Under the pieces are notes generated by a model. That model worked only from the letters and a program-made list of their open reading frames with translations. It searched no databases and was not told the origin of the DNA. Source: a virus. Taken from it: a stretch of 64,000 bases of DNA. Of this stretch, positions 34,866-44,106 are shown one piece after another (positions within the stretch are counted from its first letter, which is position 1; each line of letters begins with the position of its first letter). Where the stretch lies: positions 1-64,000 of IMG/VR virus record IMGVR_UViG_3300049491_001102; one strand, given 5' to 3'. The position numbers and the translations under genes are program-made.

Positions 34866-36122
34866 ATGGACAGTGAGATTCTCCGAGCCACTCTCTTGAC
34901 TCCAGGCCCTTTTGGACGTTGGGGCCTCCCCATCCTTAACTGGGGTCCTCCCGCTGTCGCTAAGACTGCGGAGGTCAACGCCGTTGCCGAGAATATCGGT
35001 TTGCGAGTCGAGACCCTCTTAGGGTCGACACGTCAAGTCGAGGACTTCCTCGGCAATCCCTACTTCCAAGACGTTCAAATCACTGATGGGCATGGACAAG
35101 TTCGTACAGTGAAAGCAACGTCTCATGCGATGCCTGATTGGGCTGTGCGGGCATTTGCTGACCCCTACACGTTGATTCACTTGGACGAGGTCTCGTTGAC
35201 TTCGCAGGAAACACAAAAGGGTTTGCTGCGCTTGGTTCATGAAGGTGTAACGGGCGAAACAGAACTCCCGAAGGTTACGCGTTTTATGGCCAGCGCCAAT
35301 CCAGCGTCAATGGCCAACGGAACATTCGACATGTCGCCGCCGCTTGTTGCTCGTTGGGGCCACGCCATGACCGGTGTGGACAGCCAACTGCAAAAAGTCG
35401 CACTCGATCAATCCTTCGTGCGGAACTGGGCGGATTGGGCGATGAGTTCTGGCGGTGATCGTCCTGCTGGATACGTGCCCGAACCACCAGACTCGCGGGC
35501 CGCCCGGGTCGAAGAAGCTCAGCAGTTCATCATGCAGACGTGGGATTCAGTCTACAAATCTGTACGTGTTGAAGTTTCGGCCTTTATGCTCTCTGCGGCC
35601 GGTGGTGTTGAAGCCTTGCACAACATGCCACCACCAGATGTAATTCGCCCTGGCGTCGCGTGGAATAACCCCAGAATGTGGGAATACGCCATGCGAGCGA
35701 TGGCATGTGCACAGATCCTCAATCTGACTGAAATGCAGCAACACATTTGGGCGGGCATGTTCGTCGGCGAAGGCATGATTGCCAAGTTCAATGCTTTCAA
35801 AAAGGACTTGAACTTACCAACACCGGAGGCATTCCTCACACGACAAGTGAGTTATTCGCACGACCCAATGAAGCTGGACCGCACAATGGCGCTTTTGCTG
35901 TCTTGCTCCAACCACATTTGCGACCCGCAGTGCACCCAAAGCCAAGTCAAGGAAGACACATTCTGGTCGTTCGTGGCAACGCTGGCAAACTCTTGCGGTG
36001 ATATTTGTGCGCCAGCAATCCGCCTGATGGTGAACAAGGGGAAAACGCACAATAAACAAGCAGCATCTGTTCTCGTTCAATTCGCAACGATGTTGCGCGC
36101 CGCCGGTGTTATGAAGATCTAA
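34866..36122 (+). CDS. MoxR-like AAA+ ATPase
   Basis: GPPAVAKT, IHLDE, ASANP, PLVARW. Confidence 0.85.
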   Translation: MDSEILRATLLTPGPFGRWGLPILNWGPPAVAKTAEVNAVAENIGLRVETLLGSTRQVEDFLGNPYFQDVQITDGHGQVRTVKATSHAMPDWAVRAFADPYTLIHLDEVSLTSQETQKGLLRLVHEGVTGETELPKVTRFMASANPASMANGTFDMSPPLVARWGHAMTGVDSQLQKVALDQSFVRNWADWAMSSGGDRPAGYVPEPPDSRAARVEEAQQFIMQTWDSVYKSVRVEVSAFMLSAAGGVEALHNMPPPDVIRPGVAWNNPRMWEYAMRAMACAQILNLTEMQQHIWAGMFVGEGMIAKFNAFKKDLNLPTPEAFLTRQVSYSHDPMKLDRTMALLLSCSNHICDPQCTQSQVKEDTFWSFVATLANSCGDICAPAIRLMVNKGKTHNKQAASVLVQFATMLRAAGVMKI

Positions 36123-36133
36123 CTGACGGTACC

Positions 36134-37033
36134 GTGGGATTTATGCGTAAAAAGAATCTAACTGGGATCGCACATCTCACGGTACCGACTGCCTGCTATT
36201 TTTCAAAAACTGGGACTCACACGATCCGGTTAGCAGTGCAGGCGGTTCAGTACACATTCGATAAGAAAAACAAGAGTTCTCATCTTGTAGTGCGATGTTT
36301 AGACATTCCCTGTGCCAAAGATATAGGAGTGGCCAGAGATGTCATTTTCACACTTGAAAAGGTTTCGAACATCAAAACATGTCGAGACCCCGCCTTGAGC
36401 GCACTCATTAACGCTTTGCGCCATGTCCTAGTCGAAGTGGCTGCTAATAAAGGCTTGCTCTCAATACCGCTTGCAACCGATTCGATACCCAAGATTCGTC
36501 AAGAGAACCGGACACAAAGTGTTGGGACTCGATTTGACGCATTGGTCTCGCGTTTGGACCAAGTTTGGATAAAACTCGGTGATTGCTATGGACTCAAGTT
36601 TGCCTCAGGGACAATCCGCTACTCGCCTGGATTGAACCGGATTGTCTTACACTCATCCATCGGTATTATTGCTAAATACGAAGGTAAGCGGTGGGTTTGG
36701 TGCCTAAATCAAGCCCAAAAGTACCACGACTTCATCCATGAGTTGGGAGTCAAGCACGTATGTCTTGCCTGTGATTGTATGTGTAAGAAATCCACGCATA
36801 GTGGAACGAGAAAGCATTTTGAAGCTGTTAAGAGAACAACAATTGACATGCTCAATATGATCTTTCCAATCATACAGCAAGAACGTGGATGTGAGCCTGG
36901 TCCGCTATTTAGTATAGGCGGTAAAAGTATCTTCTTATCTCAAGGCACGCTGTTCGACTACCGGGCACTTAAAGACAGCATCAATAAAAAGGTGCGGGAC
37001 ATTCTCATCGCATCGACTGTACCGAAGACTTGA
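36134..37033 (+). CDS. Hypothetical basic protein, lower GC
   Basis: 299-aa ORF with CLAC..C....H....H. Confidence 0.6.
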   Translation: MGFMRKKNLTGIAHLTVPTACYFSKTGTHTIRLAVQAVQYTFDKKNKSSHLVVRCLDIPCAKDIGVARDVIFTLEKVSNIKTCRDPALSALINALRHVLVEVAANKGLLSIPLATDSIPKIRQENRTQSVGTRFDALVSRLDQVWIKLGDCYGLKFASGTIRYSPGLNRIVLHSSIGIIAKYEGKRWVWCLNQAQKYHDFIHELGVKHVCLACDCMCKKSTHSGTRKHFEAVKRTTIDMLNMIFPIIQQERGCEPGPLFSIGGKSIFLSQGTLFDYRALKDSINKKVRDILIASTVPKT

Positions 37034-37499
37034 GAATAGCTAACGCTTGCGCTTCGGGTCGTCCTGGCCAAACAAGGTATCCCAAGTCAAAAGCACCTTT
37101 TGGATGCGCGCACGCAAGAATAGGGTGCGCATCCATCTTCTGTTTAAACTGTCGTACTTCCTGCGCGATCAAGCGTGTGAAGCCATGAACTGCGCCGGAT
37201 ACGTATCCTTGGCCGATTTCGTTTGGCTTAACGACTCGTCCGGCTTGCTCCCATGCGAGTAAGCGGTCGAAAATAACCTCAGCAACTTCGTCGGCAGCCC
37301 AGTTCCGGGGCATCAAGGCTGCGTATCGCGTGTTTGCTACCGTTTCACCTGAGCAGAGCCAAAATAGGCAATCACAGGCGATTGCATCCTGCATGTGCGG
37401 TTCCCAGGCGCGGCGGACTTGGCCGATGTAGAAGTCGCATACGTCTTGGTGCGTCGATAATATGCGCCTACCTCTAACGATTTTGTTTTTGAACGTCAT
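37005..37499 (-). CDS. Hypothetical protein
   Basis: 164-aa ORF convergent with the previous gene. Confidence 0.55.
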   Translation of the reverse strand: MTFKNKIVRGRRILSTHQDVCDFYIGQVRRAWEPHMQDAIACDCLFWLCSGETVANTRYAALMPRNWAADEVAEVIFDRLLAWEQAGRVVKPNEIGQGYVSGAVHGFTRLIAQEVRQFKQKMDAHPILACAHPKGAFDLGYLVWPGRPEAQALAILKSSVQSMR

Positions 37500-37570
37500 A
37501 CGCTTTGTTTGACATCTAGACGTTTTGTTAGCAACAAGCGCCGTATTCGCATTCTCTCACCCCCTGTTCA

Positions 37571-37597
37571 AACTTTATCCGTCCAACGCTATTAAAT
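37571..37597 (+). promoter_or_regulatory. Class-II promoter AACTTT-N11-GCTATTAAAT
   Basis: Full motif overlapping ATG 37596 (ATG 37602 is an alternative start). Confidence 0.65.
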
Positions 37598-38990
37598 GAC
37601 CATGAACGTCCCAGCGTTAAACCTCACGGTCAGCGGGGTGATGGCTGCTGCCCGCTACAAGGCTTGCAGCATTGCTCCCTATTTTGCGGACGGCTTGCTC
37701 GCCTTGATCCCAATGCCATGCCCCGGTTTTGGGACGTTCGCGGTGTCCGAGCACGGACACCTCATTTACGATCCCGACGTGGTGCTGGCCTGGGGTGTCG
37801 ATGTGGTCTGCACGGTTTACCTCCACGAGTTGCAGCACGTCTTGCGCAACCATGCTCAGCGCGCGCGGTCGCAAGGAGTCAGCGCGGCAACGGCCGATGC
37901 TTGGGGACAAGCCGTGGACGCGGAGATCAACGACGACCTGGTCGCGATGAAGCTTCCATTTCCCGATGGTCGCTGCGTTTTGCCCAGCACGCTGTCCAAG
38001 ACCGCGCCTGATGGTCTCTCGGCCGAAGAATATTACCTGCTCCTGCCGATCGACAATCAAGGATGTCGGCAGCCAAACGGTAAGCCAGGCGTCAACGGTT
38101 CCGGCGGCACCGGCATTCCGCTGCCCCAAGAACCGGACACTTCCGGACCAAATGCTGTCCCGGGCCGAACCCCCGCGGACATGCAGCTCATCCGCAACCA
38201 GTGCGCGGACAAGCTGCAAAAAGCCAAAAATATGGGAAACAATGGGTCTATACCCGGTGGATTCCTGCGTTGGGCTGAAGAGGTATTGGCACCACCTCCT
38301 TACGACTGGAAACAGCACCTGGAAACACGGGCAAACAACGTTTGCGCGTTCGTGCGTGGCAAAAAGAGTCGCACCTACAGCCAGCAATCGCGACGCCAAG
38401 GCATCTATGGCTATGGCTCCGGTGTGCCCGTGGTCGCAGCTCGGCGCAGCCCCATCGTCACAAGTGCCATCATGCTCGATACGAGCGGGTCGATGGATGA
38501 CGACGACATCGCTATGGGTCTCGGCATCATCGGCAAAGTGCTGCAGCACTCCACCGATCGCACGATGTTCCTAAGCTGTGATGCGGCAGTCAACACGCTT
38601 GCGAATGTTCGGTCGCTTGCAGACGTCAAAAAACTAGTTGTCGGTGGTGGTGGTACGGATTTTCGCCCAGGCTTCGCCGCGCTTGCCAAAGATCCACCTG
38701 CGGTGCTCTTCGTGCTCACAGACGGTGATGGTCCAGCACCAGCGCTCAATCACCTCCACACCACAGAAATCGTATGGGTCCTCATCGGGGACCATGCCGT
38801 GATTCCATTCTGCGACAACGCTCGACGGTCCACTGTTCCCTACGGCGAAATCGTGTGGGCTTCCGACGAAGCCCGCAAACGCAATCGCGATGCCGAAGGC
38901 AATCGCAAACGAGTGCTCCCCGAAGTGGCCGACGATGGCGATGGCCAGGATGATGACGACGATGACGATAGTGCTAACGCTACCCCCTAA
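37596..38990 (+). CDS. DUF2201-type metallopeptidase-vWA protein (MoxR partner)
   Basis: HELQH, DAEIND, DTSGSM, GGGGTDF, LTDG. Confidence 0.9.
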   Translation: MTMNVPALNLTVSGVMAAARYKACSIAPYFADGLLALIPMPCPGFGTFAVSEHGHLIYDPDVVLAWGVDVVCTVYLHELQHVLRNHAQRARSQGVSAATADAWGQAVDAEINDDLVAMKLPFPDGRCVLPSTLSKTAPDGLSAEEYYLLLPIDNQGCRQPNGKPGVNGSGGTGIPLPQEPDTSGPNAVPGRTPADMQLIRNQCADKLQKAKNMGNNGSIPGGFLRWAEEVLAPPPYDWKQHLETRANNVCAFVRGKKSRTYSQQSRRQGIYGYGSGVPVVAARRSPIVTSAIMLDTSGSMDDDDIAMGLGIIGKVLQHSTDRTMFLSCDAAVNTLANVRSLADVKKLVVGGGGTDFRPGFAALAKDPPAVLFVLTDGDGPAPALNHLHTTEIVWVLIGDHAVIPFCDNARRSTVPYGEIVWASDEARKRNRDAEGNRKRVLPEVADDGDGQDDDDDDDSANATP

Positions 38991-39162
38991 CCTTCGTGTG
39001 CTGGTGGAGTTCCTCGATCGCAACGAAGCCCATCTTCCTCGCGACGAGAGAACTGCAATCGATGTTAAGGAGATGGACTATCATGACTACCTCGCCCTCC
39101 CCTTGGACAAAATGGCCAATTGTCGGATTGCAAAAACTCTCAGCGATGCTGAGCGCGGCTAA
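38971..39162 (+). CDS. Small hypothetical protein, possibly the frameshifted N-terminus of the endolysin
   Basis: GTG-start ORF between vWA and lysin. Confidence 0.45.
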   Translation: MLTLPPNLRVLVEFLDRNEAHLPRDERTAIDVKEMDYHDYLALPLDKMANCRIAKTLSDAERG

Positions 39163-39928
39163 AGCCGCCGTCGTGCCCACGCGTGAAGTTTCATTGCGCT
39201 CTGACCCTGAGCCCTCCATGGTGATGCCGCCTGCTCCTGCATTCATCACCCAAGAGCCCTACGTTCTAGGTTTCGACATTTCACATCATCAAGTTGTCGT
39301 CGAGTTTGAGGCGATGTTTGAGCAGGGCTATCGGTTCTGCTTTCTGAAGGCGACGGAGGGCAACACGTTCCGCGACAAAATGTTCGCCAATCATGCGCAT
39401 CGAGCCCATCAGGCCGGTTTGCACATCGGCGCCTACCATTTCGCCCGTGTGCGTCGAGATGATGATGTGTCTTTTCTCGACCAAGGGATTCGACAAGCTC
39501 GTTTTTGTGCGAAGACCGTCCGCGAATCCGTGCCCAAAGGATGCGCAATTCTTCCCATCGTTCTTGACGTCGAGTGGCATGACTCTTTGAAGACCGGCAA
39601 AATCTTGCCGCCGGAACTCATCACGTTCATTTCTGCTTTCAACCTCGAAATTGAACGACTTGGGTTTAGCGAAATCATCGTCTATACCGGACCGAGCTTC
39701 TATAAGCAGTACATCAAGCGGCCATTGACCTACAAACTTTGGCTTGTTTCAGGGTACAACCGAAAGTTCAAGCCGACGAAGGTCATTCCTGACTGGAATG
39801 CCAATTTTTACCAGTTCTACAACAAGCAACCGGTTCCGCACCGCAACACGGACCGCGGGCTGAACATCGACGTCAACGTCTTCTACGGCACAGAGACAGA
39901 TCTTGCCGGACTTTTACGGCAAGTTTAG
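39146..39928 (+). CDS. GH25 muramidase (endolysin)
   Basis: GFDISHHQ, KATEG, GAYHF, LDVE, IVYT, IDVN; start uncertain. Confidence 0.9.
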   Translation: MLSAAKAAVVPTREVSLRSDPEPSMVMPPAPAFITQEPYVLGFDISHHQVVVEFEAMFEQGYRFCFLKATEGNTFRDKMFANHAHRAHQAGLHIGAYHFARVRRDDDVSFLDQGIRQARFCAKTVRESVPKGCAILPIVLDVEWHDSLKTGKILPPELITFISAFNLEIERLGFSEIIVYTGPSFYKQYIKRPLTYKLWLVSGYNRKFKPTKVIPDWNANFYQFYNKQPVPHRNTDRGLNIDVNVFYGTETDLAGLLRQV

Positions 39929-39990
39929 TCATGTGCGGTTTACCTTTTCATCTCCTCGATTGCCTCCCAATCCTTGATACCGTGTTCACC

Positions 39991-40437
39991 ATGCGTTCTG
40001 CACTTCGATCCCTCCCACTCCTCGCTATCTTCTTGTCCTCATGCACGGCGTTGCCGGAGACCGTCGAACCGGATTCTGCACTTGTGCACGCCGTGGTGTC
40101 GGGGATTCACGACGTGGTCGCCACAGCGCATCAAGTTTGGTCGGCACAGCTCAACCTCCGTGTTGATACCTGCCGCAAGCAGTTGCCGCCGGAAACCACA
40201 ACGCGTGAGCAGTTCATCGAATGCCTCAAACCGTTCGATAAGAACGACGTCATCGTCGCCCACCTCAACCGTCTCGTCGAAGTGCAAAAAGCCCTCCGAA
40301 CGGCGGCACTTACCGCGCAAGAGATCCGAGCCAAAGCTCTCGAAGCATTGGCGACCGCACGATTTCTCCTTGATTTGCTGCAAGCCAATCAAGGCGATTA
40401 CGCCCAAATTCAGCGCCTCGAAGCGCTGCTCAAGTGA
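39991..40437 (+). CDS. Lipoprotein, spanin-like candidate
   Basis: Signal peptide with LSSC lipobox, helical body, next to the endolysin. Confidence 0.55.
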   Translation: MRSALRSLPLLAIFLSSCTALPETVEPDSALVHAVVSGIHDVVATAHQVWSAQLNLRVDTCRKQLPPETTTREQFIECLKPFDKNDVIVAHLNRLVEVQKALRTAALTAQEIRAKALEALATARFLLDLLQANQGDYAQIQRLEALLK

Positions 40438-40694
40438 ACTCCATGTCGAACGAAGAGACAAAACAACCCGAGCACCCACAAACTAACGAGCAGAACCTCC
40501 AGGACAAAGTCGATTCCCTGCGGGAAACCGCGAAGAATATGACCCCTGAGAGGCTCGACCGCGCGCTGAAACATGTCATCAGTGCTCTCGCAGACGCACC
40601 AGACAACGAGGCAGAACTTGACCAAGCAAAACGAGATTCTGAACGCATCGATCAGGTATCCAGCGAATACCCGAGCAAAGCTGATAGCGATTGA
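40434..40694 (+). CDS. Hypothetical acidic protein
   Basis: GTGA-coupled ORF. Confidence 0.5.
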   Translation: MNSMSNEETKQPEHPQTNEQNLQDKVDSLRETAKNMTPERLDRALKHVISALADAPDNEAELDQAKRDSERIDQVSSEYPSKADSD

Positions 40695-41268
40695 AGGCCC
40701 CGATGGCGCCGGCAAGACAACGGCGTGCGAACTCCTTGCGGCAACGTTAAGTACCGAGCACCGTGAGCTACGCGGCCGCACCATCTTTACACATCAGCCG
40801 GGAACTGTCCTGGGGCCCTATGTGAAGAAGATCGTCACTGAAGGCAAAACAACGGCGGTGGAGGAAGCCACGATGTTTGCCGCCCTCCAAACCATGGTTT
40901 GGTTCGAGTGCGTGCAGCCACCGTCGGACAAATTCTTTGTAACGGACCGTTACTCCATGTCGACGTTTTGCTACCAGTCGGCGCGCCACGACGGGGAGTT
41001 GAACGACATCTTGCGCATCGTTCAAACCGTGCCCCATCCGGATCTCACGATTGTGCTGAGTCCTGATTTCGAAACATGCCAACAACGGATTGCTCAGCGT
41101 GGGCACGGAAACAACTTTGATCGTGATGTAGAGTTGCAGCGTAAAGTTCATCGTCTTTACGAGTTCACGGTCACCGCTCCTGCAGGTGTCTTCGGCGACG
41201 TCGTTTATTGCTTGACCGCTGATGAAGCTGTTGAGCACTTTCTGCGCTATGTCCAATCCGTGGCATAG
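40573..41268 (+). CDS. tmk: Thymidylate kinase
   Basis: IAIEGPDGAGKTT, QPG, TDRY..ST.CYQ, PDLTIVL; start uncertain. Confidence 0.9.
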   Translation: MSSVLSQTHQTTRQNLTKQNEILNASIRYPANTRAKLIAIEGPDGAGKTTACELLAATLSTEHRELRGRTIFTHQPGTVLGPYVKKIVTEGKTTAVEEATMFAALQTMVWFECVQPPSDKFFVTDRYSMSTFCYQSARHDGELNDILRIVQTVPHPDLTIVLSPDFETCQQRIAQRGHGNNFDRDVELQRKVHRLYEFTVTAPAGVFGDVVYCLTADEAVEHFLRYVQSVA

Positions 41269-41935
41269 CCTCATCTTTGGGTTTGACCCCGGCACGAAGT
41301 TCGGATGGAGCGTGTTCGTCAATGGCGAACTCGTTGCGTCAGGGACTTTTTTGACGTTTCGGTCAGGCGACCACATTGGTCTGCGCTACAGCAACTTAGT
41401 TTCGTTTCTAACCGAGTTGTTTCATCTCTATGTCATCGATCCTCTCGACACGCTCGTTGGGTACGAAGACATTGATTTCAACATCTTCAAGTCGAAGGAT
41501 AACCTTCGTGTCTACGCTGGCTTGGTGGCAATCATGGAGATGGTGTGCGCGAACTTTGGCCTGAAAGAGATCCGCGGCGTCAACCCTACAACGTTGAAAA
41601 AGCATTCCACCGGTGACGAGAAGGCGACCAAGCAACAAATGCTGCTGGAAGCAATTAGTCGCTTTGATATCCGCGCCCAGTCGGATGACCACGCGGATGC
41701 GTGCCTGATCGGCGCTTACTTTAAGGATTTCCCATGTCCAACAATGGAACCCGCCGTGCAAACTCGTTTCGCAAACAAACAAAAAAAGCGCGAGAGGAAA
41801 GCACGGAAAGCCGCCAAGACAGCGGCAGCGTTACCAAAATTTACGCCTTCGTCACCGATCACGCTGCCTCCCATCCCCTCACCCAAGAAAAGGGCTACGA
41901 GGCAACCGCGGTCACTGAAACTGGTGAAGTCGTAA
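41249..41935 (+). CDS. ruvC: RuvC-like Holliday junction resolvase
   Basis: GFDPG..GW, GYE, P.TLKK..TG..KATK, DDHADA. Confidence 0.88.
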   Translation: MSNPWHSLIFGFDPGTKFGWSVFVNGELVASGTFLTFRSGDHIGLRYSNLVSFLTELFHLYVIDPLDTLVGYEDIDFNIFKSKDNLRVYAGLVAIMEMVCANFGLKEIRGVNPTTLKKHSTGDEKATKQQMLLEAISRFDIRAQSDDHADACLIGAYFKDFPCPTMEPAVQTRFANKQKKRERKARKAAKTAAALPKFTPSSPITLPPIPSPKKRATRQPRSLKLVKS

Positions 41936-42288
41936 CGACCTTTTTAAGCAACAACGTCTTGGGGCTCAAAGCTGAAGTCAGCGGATTTCCGTTCGGGAAG
42001 ACATACCCAGGCGTTAAAGTCCTTTGGGTCGAAACGCCTGAAGACCATCCCATCGTTTCCGGTTTACTGGAGAAAATTTCAGGCTCTCCGGAGGACGAAG
42101 AAGAAGAACCCGAAGAAGTGGACGAAACAGGGGATACAACCCCAATTGACGTACTTCGGGCACAGGCACATGGGTGCTTTAGTTGTGCACACAAAAACGT
42201 GTGTGCCATCGCTACCAACCCCCTTTTAGAGATCCACAAAATCGTGATCTCAGCTTGTCAAGCGCACGTTTCCGCTGGGGACGATTAA
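41734..42288 (+). CDS. Hypothetical protein with acidic linker and C-terminal Cys cluster
   Basis: KIYAF...; CFSCAHKNVC..C; start uncertain, overlaps the ruvC tail. Confidence 0.55.
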   Translation: MSNNGTRRANSFRKQTKKAREESTESRQDSGSVTKIYAFVTDHAASHPLTQEKGYEATAVTETGEVVTTFLSNNVLGLKAEVSGFPFGKTYPGVKVLWVETPEDHPIVSGLLEKISGSPEDEEEEPEEVDETGDTTPIDVLRAQAHGCFSCAHKNVCAIATNPLLEIHKIVISACQAHVSAGDD

Positions 42289-42965
42289 TGGCTTACATCG
42301 ATCAATCCAAACGCGTGGACTGGCTCACGCCTCAACACGTGTTCACCGATTGGGTTTATCCCATTCTCGGCTTCGTCAACCTTGATCCTTGTGGCAATCC
42401 CAAGTCATGCCTTGATGCGGACCATCATTGCTTTGGTGAAACCGCAGGTGACGACGGTATGGCCCTAGATTGGCACCGTGTGGGCGCTGGCAACATCTTC
42501 ATCAATCCGACCTACGGCGAGCGTAAACCAAAGCCGGATCCGCGCCCCTACGTCCCCAAACTTCCGAACTTCTATCCGCTATCCGAGTGGATGGCGAAGT
42601 GCGTCGACGAATGGCGGCTCGGTGCGACTATCTTTGCGGTTTTGCCTGCGGCAACCGATCGCGTATGGTTTCACGATTTGGTGGTTCCTACCGCATCGTT
42701 TTGCCTTTTACGGAAGCGTCTTAAGTTCCGACTGCCCGAAATGGCGCCAGAGGACAACACACAACCTTGCGGCGCCAACACGTTGGTGCTCTGGGCGCAC
42801 AAAGCGGAGCAACACGAACTTTTTAACGAACTACTCAAGAAACACGGATACGTTCACGCTATTAAAAGAAAGGAAGAAAAAGACAATGCAAGTGCAACAA
42901 CACAAATTGACGATCTCACTGAACGGGGTGGAGATCCATTTGATGGATCTCCAACTACTGCCTGA
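42288..42965 (+). CDS. Phage DNA N6-adenine methyltransferase (Dam-like; motif NPTY)
   Basis: WLTP, LDPC, DGMALDW, IFINPTYG, LPAATDRVWFH, RLKF. Confidence 0.85.
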   Translation: MAYIDQSKRVDWLTPQHVFTDWVYPILGFVNLDPCGNPKSCLDADHHCFGETAGDDGMALDWHRVGAGNIFINPTYGERKPKPDPRPYVPKLPNFYPLSEWMAKCVDEWRLGATIFAVLPAATDRVWFHDLVVPTASFCLLRKRLKFRLPEMAPEDNTQPCGANTLVLWAHKAEQHELFNELLKKHGYVHAIKRKEEKDNASATTQIDDLTERGGDPFDGSPTTA

Positions 42966-43143
42966 CGTGTTTGGGACAGAAAAGGACAAGATTCGATTTG
43001 TCAGCCAAACAATCACACAAATGGCAAACGACATCGCCCAGCAAGTGTGGGCGATTGGAACTGAAGATGGGTTCTTGGAGGAAGAGCAAAAGAGCATCCT
43101 TGCCGCATTCGATGCTGGTCAGCTTGTAGCCGAAGGATCGTAA
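42886..43143 (+). CDS. Hypothetical protein
   Basis: MQVQQHK start after AAGGAAG. Confidence 0.55.
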   Translation: MQVQQHKLTISLNGVEIHLMDLQLLPDVFGTEKDKIRFVSQTITQMANDIAQQVWAIGTEDGFLEEEQKSILAAFDAGQLVAEGS

Positions 43144-43179
43144 GCTAGTTAACGCCTGTAATAAGCTCGTGAGAGCTAC

Positions 43180-43283
43180 GCTGGGGTCGTTTAGCTTGGA
43201 AAGACGAAAGTGTGCGCTTTCCCATTCGCCAATTCTTCATCAGAGCGTCCGCTTTCACGCTGGTTCGATTCCTGCCCCCAGCT
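43180..43283 (+). ncRNA. tRNA-like RNA with an extended, non-canonical anticodon arm
   Basis: Acceptor GCTGGGG/CCCCAGC, D arm GTTT-AGCTTGGAA-AGAC, T arm GCTGG-TTCGATT-CCTGC; 51-nt anticodon domain. Confidence 0.7.
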
Positions 43284-43287
43284 CTAC

Positions 43288-43464
43288 ATGACTGTTAGAC
43301 CAATATTTGCCTGGTACGACCTATGGGTCGGTGTGTTCATCGATAAGCCGAAGAGACGAATTTATGTCTTCCCCATCCCAACAATCGGAATCATCATCGA
43401 GTACGGACGAACAAGCCGTCGAGAAGGCGACGGTCAATCCAGACAAGCTAGCCGAATGCCCTGA
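43288..43464 (+). CDS. Small phage protein (FAWYDLWVG motif)
   Basis: Recognisable small phage motif. Confidence 0.6.
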   Translation: MTVRPIFAWYDLWVGVFIDKPKRRIYVFPIPTIGIIIEYGRTSRREGDGQSRQASRMP

Positions 43465-43801
43465 TGCAAACTTAGCATTGCTAGTTTACTCCCACGGCAA
43501 CGATTGCTTCTGCATTGACGTGTCTTCACACCATTCGCTTGAAGAGTTCGACATCGGTGTTTATGACATAGCTAAGGGTGATTCTGGCGAAATAGACGAC
43601 TTGCGACTTCCTCGGGGGTACTGGGTCGTGTTCTACAATGCGCAATATGTCCCTGCCCATGATTCAGACCAGTGGGTCCTTGTACGTGGGGACTTCATCG
43701 CTACACGACTCGCTACGCTGGAGGAGATTAAAAAGGTCTTCAAAGGTCTTGAACTTGAATTGTTCTACGAAGTTAATCTTCGCGCAGAGGTACCATTTTA
43801 A
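43364..43801 (+). CDS. Hypothetical protein
   Basis: ORF coupled (TAATG) to the next gene; start uncertain. Confidence 0.55.
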   Translation: MSSPSQQSESSSSTDEQAVEKATVNPDKLAECPDANLALLVYSHGNDCFCIDVSSHHSLEEFDIGVYDIAKGDSGEIDDLRLPRGYWVVFYNAQYVPAHDSDQWVLVRGDFIATRLATLEEIKKVFKGLELELFYEVNLRAEVPF

Positions 43802-44106
43802 TGGATGACCAACTACTTCAAGCACTCTTCACTGAGGTTTTGAAAGTAAAGCCACGACCAATATTAGCCACAATCGGGGAAGCAGTTTCCTGTTGTAGTA
43901 GTGATTTTCGCCAGTTAGACAAAGAGCGTCAAATATGGGCTGAGTTAGCACTCGCCGCATTACGGCACCTTGTGCGTGACGAGAACGCTGGTGATCGCCC
44001 GGACCAAGAAGATATCGATGAGTCCGTCGCTATGCTAAAGCACGTTATTCAACGGGCTAAATCGCGTGCTGAACACAAACCGCTATTTCAACCGGGCACA
44101 CGCTAG
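43801..44106 (+). CDS. Hypothetical protein
   Basis: Coupled ORF. Confidence 0.6.
   Translation: MDDQLLQALFTEVLKVKPRPILATIGEAVSCCSSDFRQLDKERQIWAELALAALRHLVRDENAGDRPDQEDIDESVAMLKHVIQRAKSRAEHKPLFQPGTR

Noticed and set aside
40573-40694. Frameshift fusion of 40434..40694 with tmk
   Set aside because: An in-frame ATG exists at 40573 and there is no clear slippery site; cannot be supported
41734-41935. Programmed -1 frameshift joining ruvC to the next ORF at AAATTTA
   Set aside because: The heptamer is not in X XXY YYZ phase with the ruvC frame; simple overlap is more likely
43180-43283. Canonical tRNA (e.g. Arg-GCG) with an intron, or a tmRNA
   Set aside because: No canonical 7-nt loop with purine 37 can be restored; too short for tmRNA, has a D stem, and lacks the G3-U70 pair
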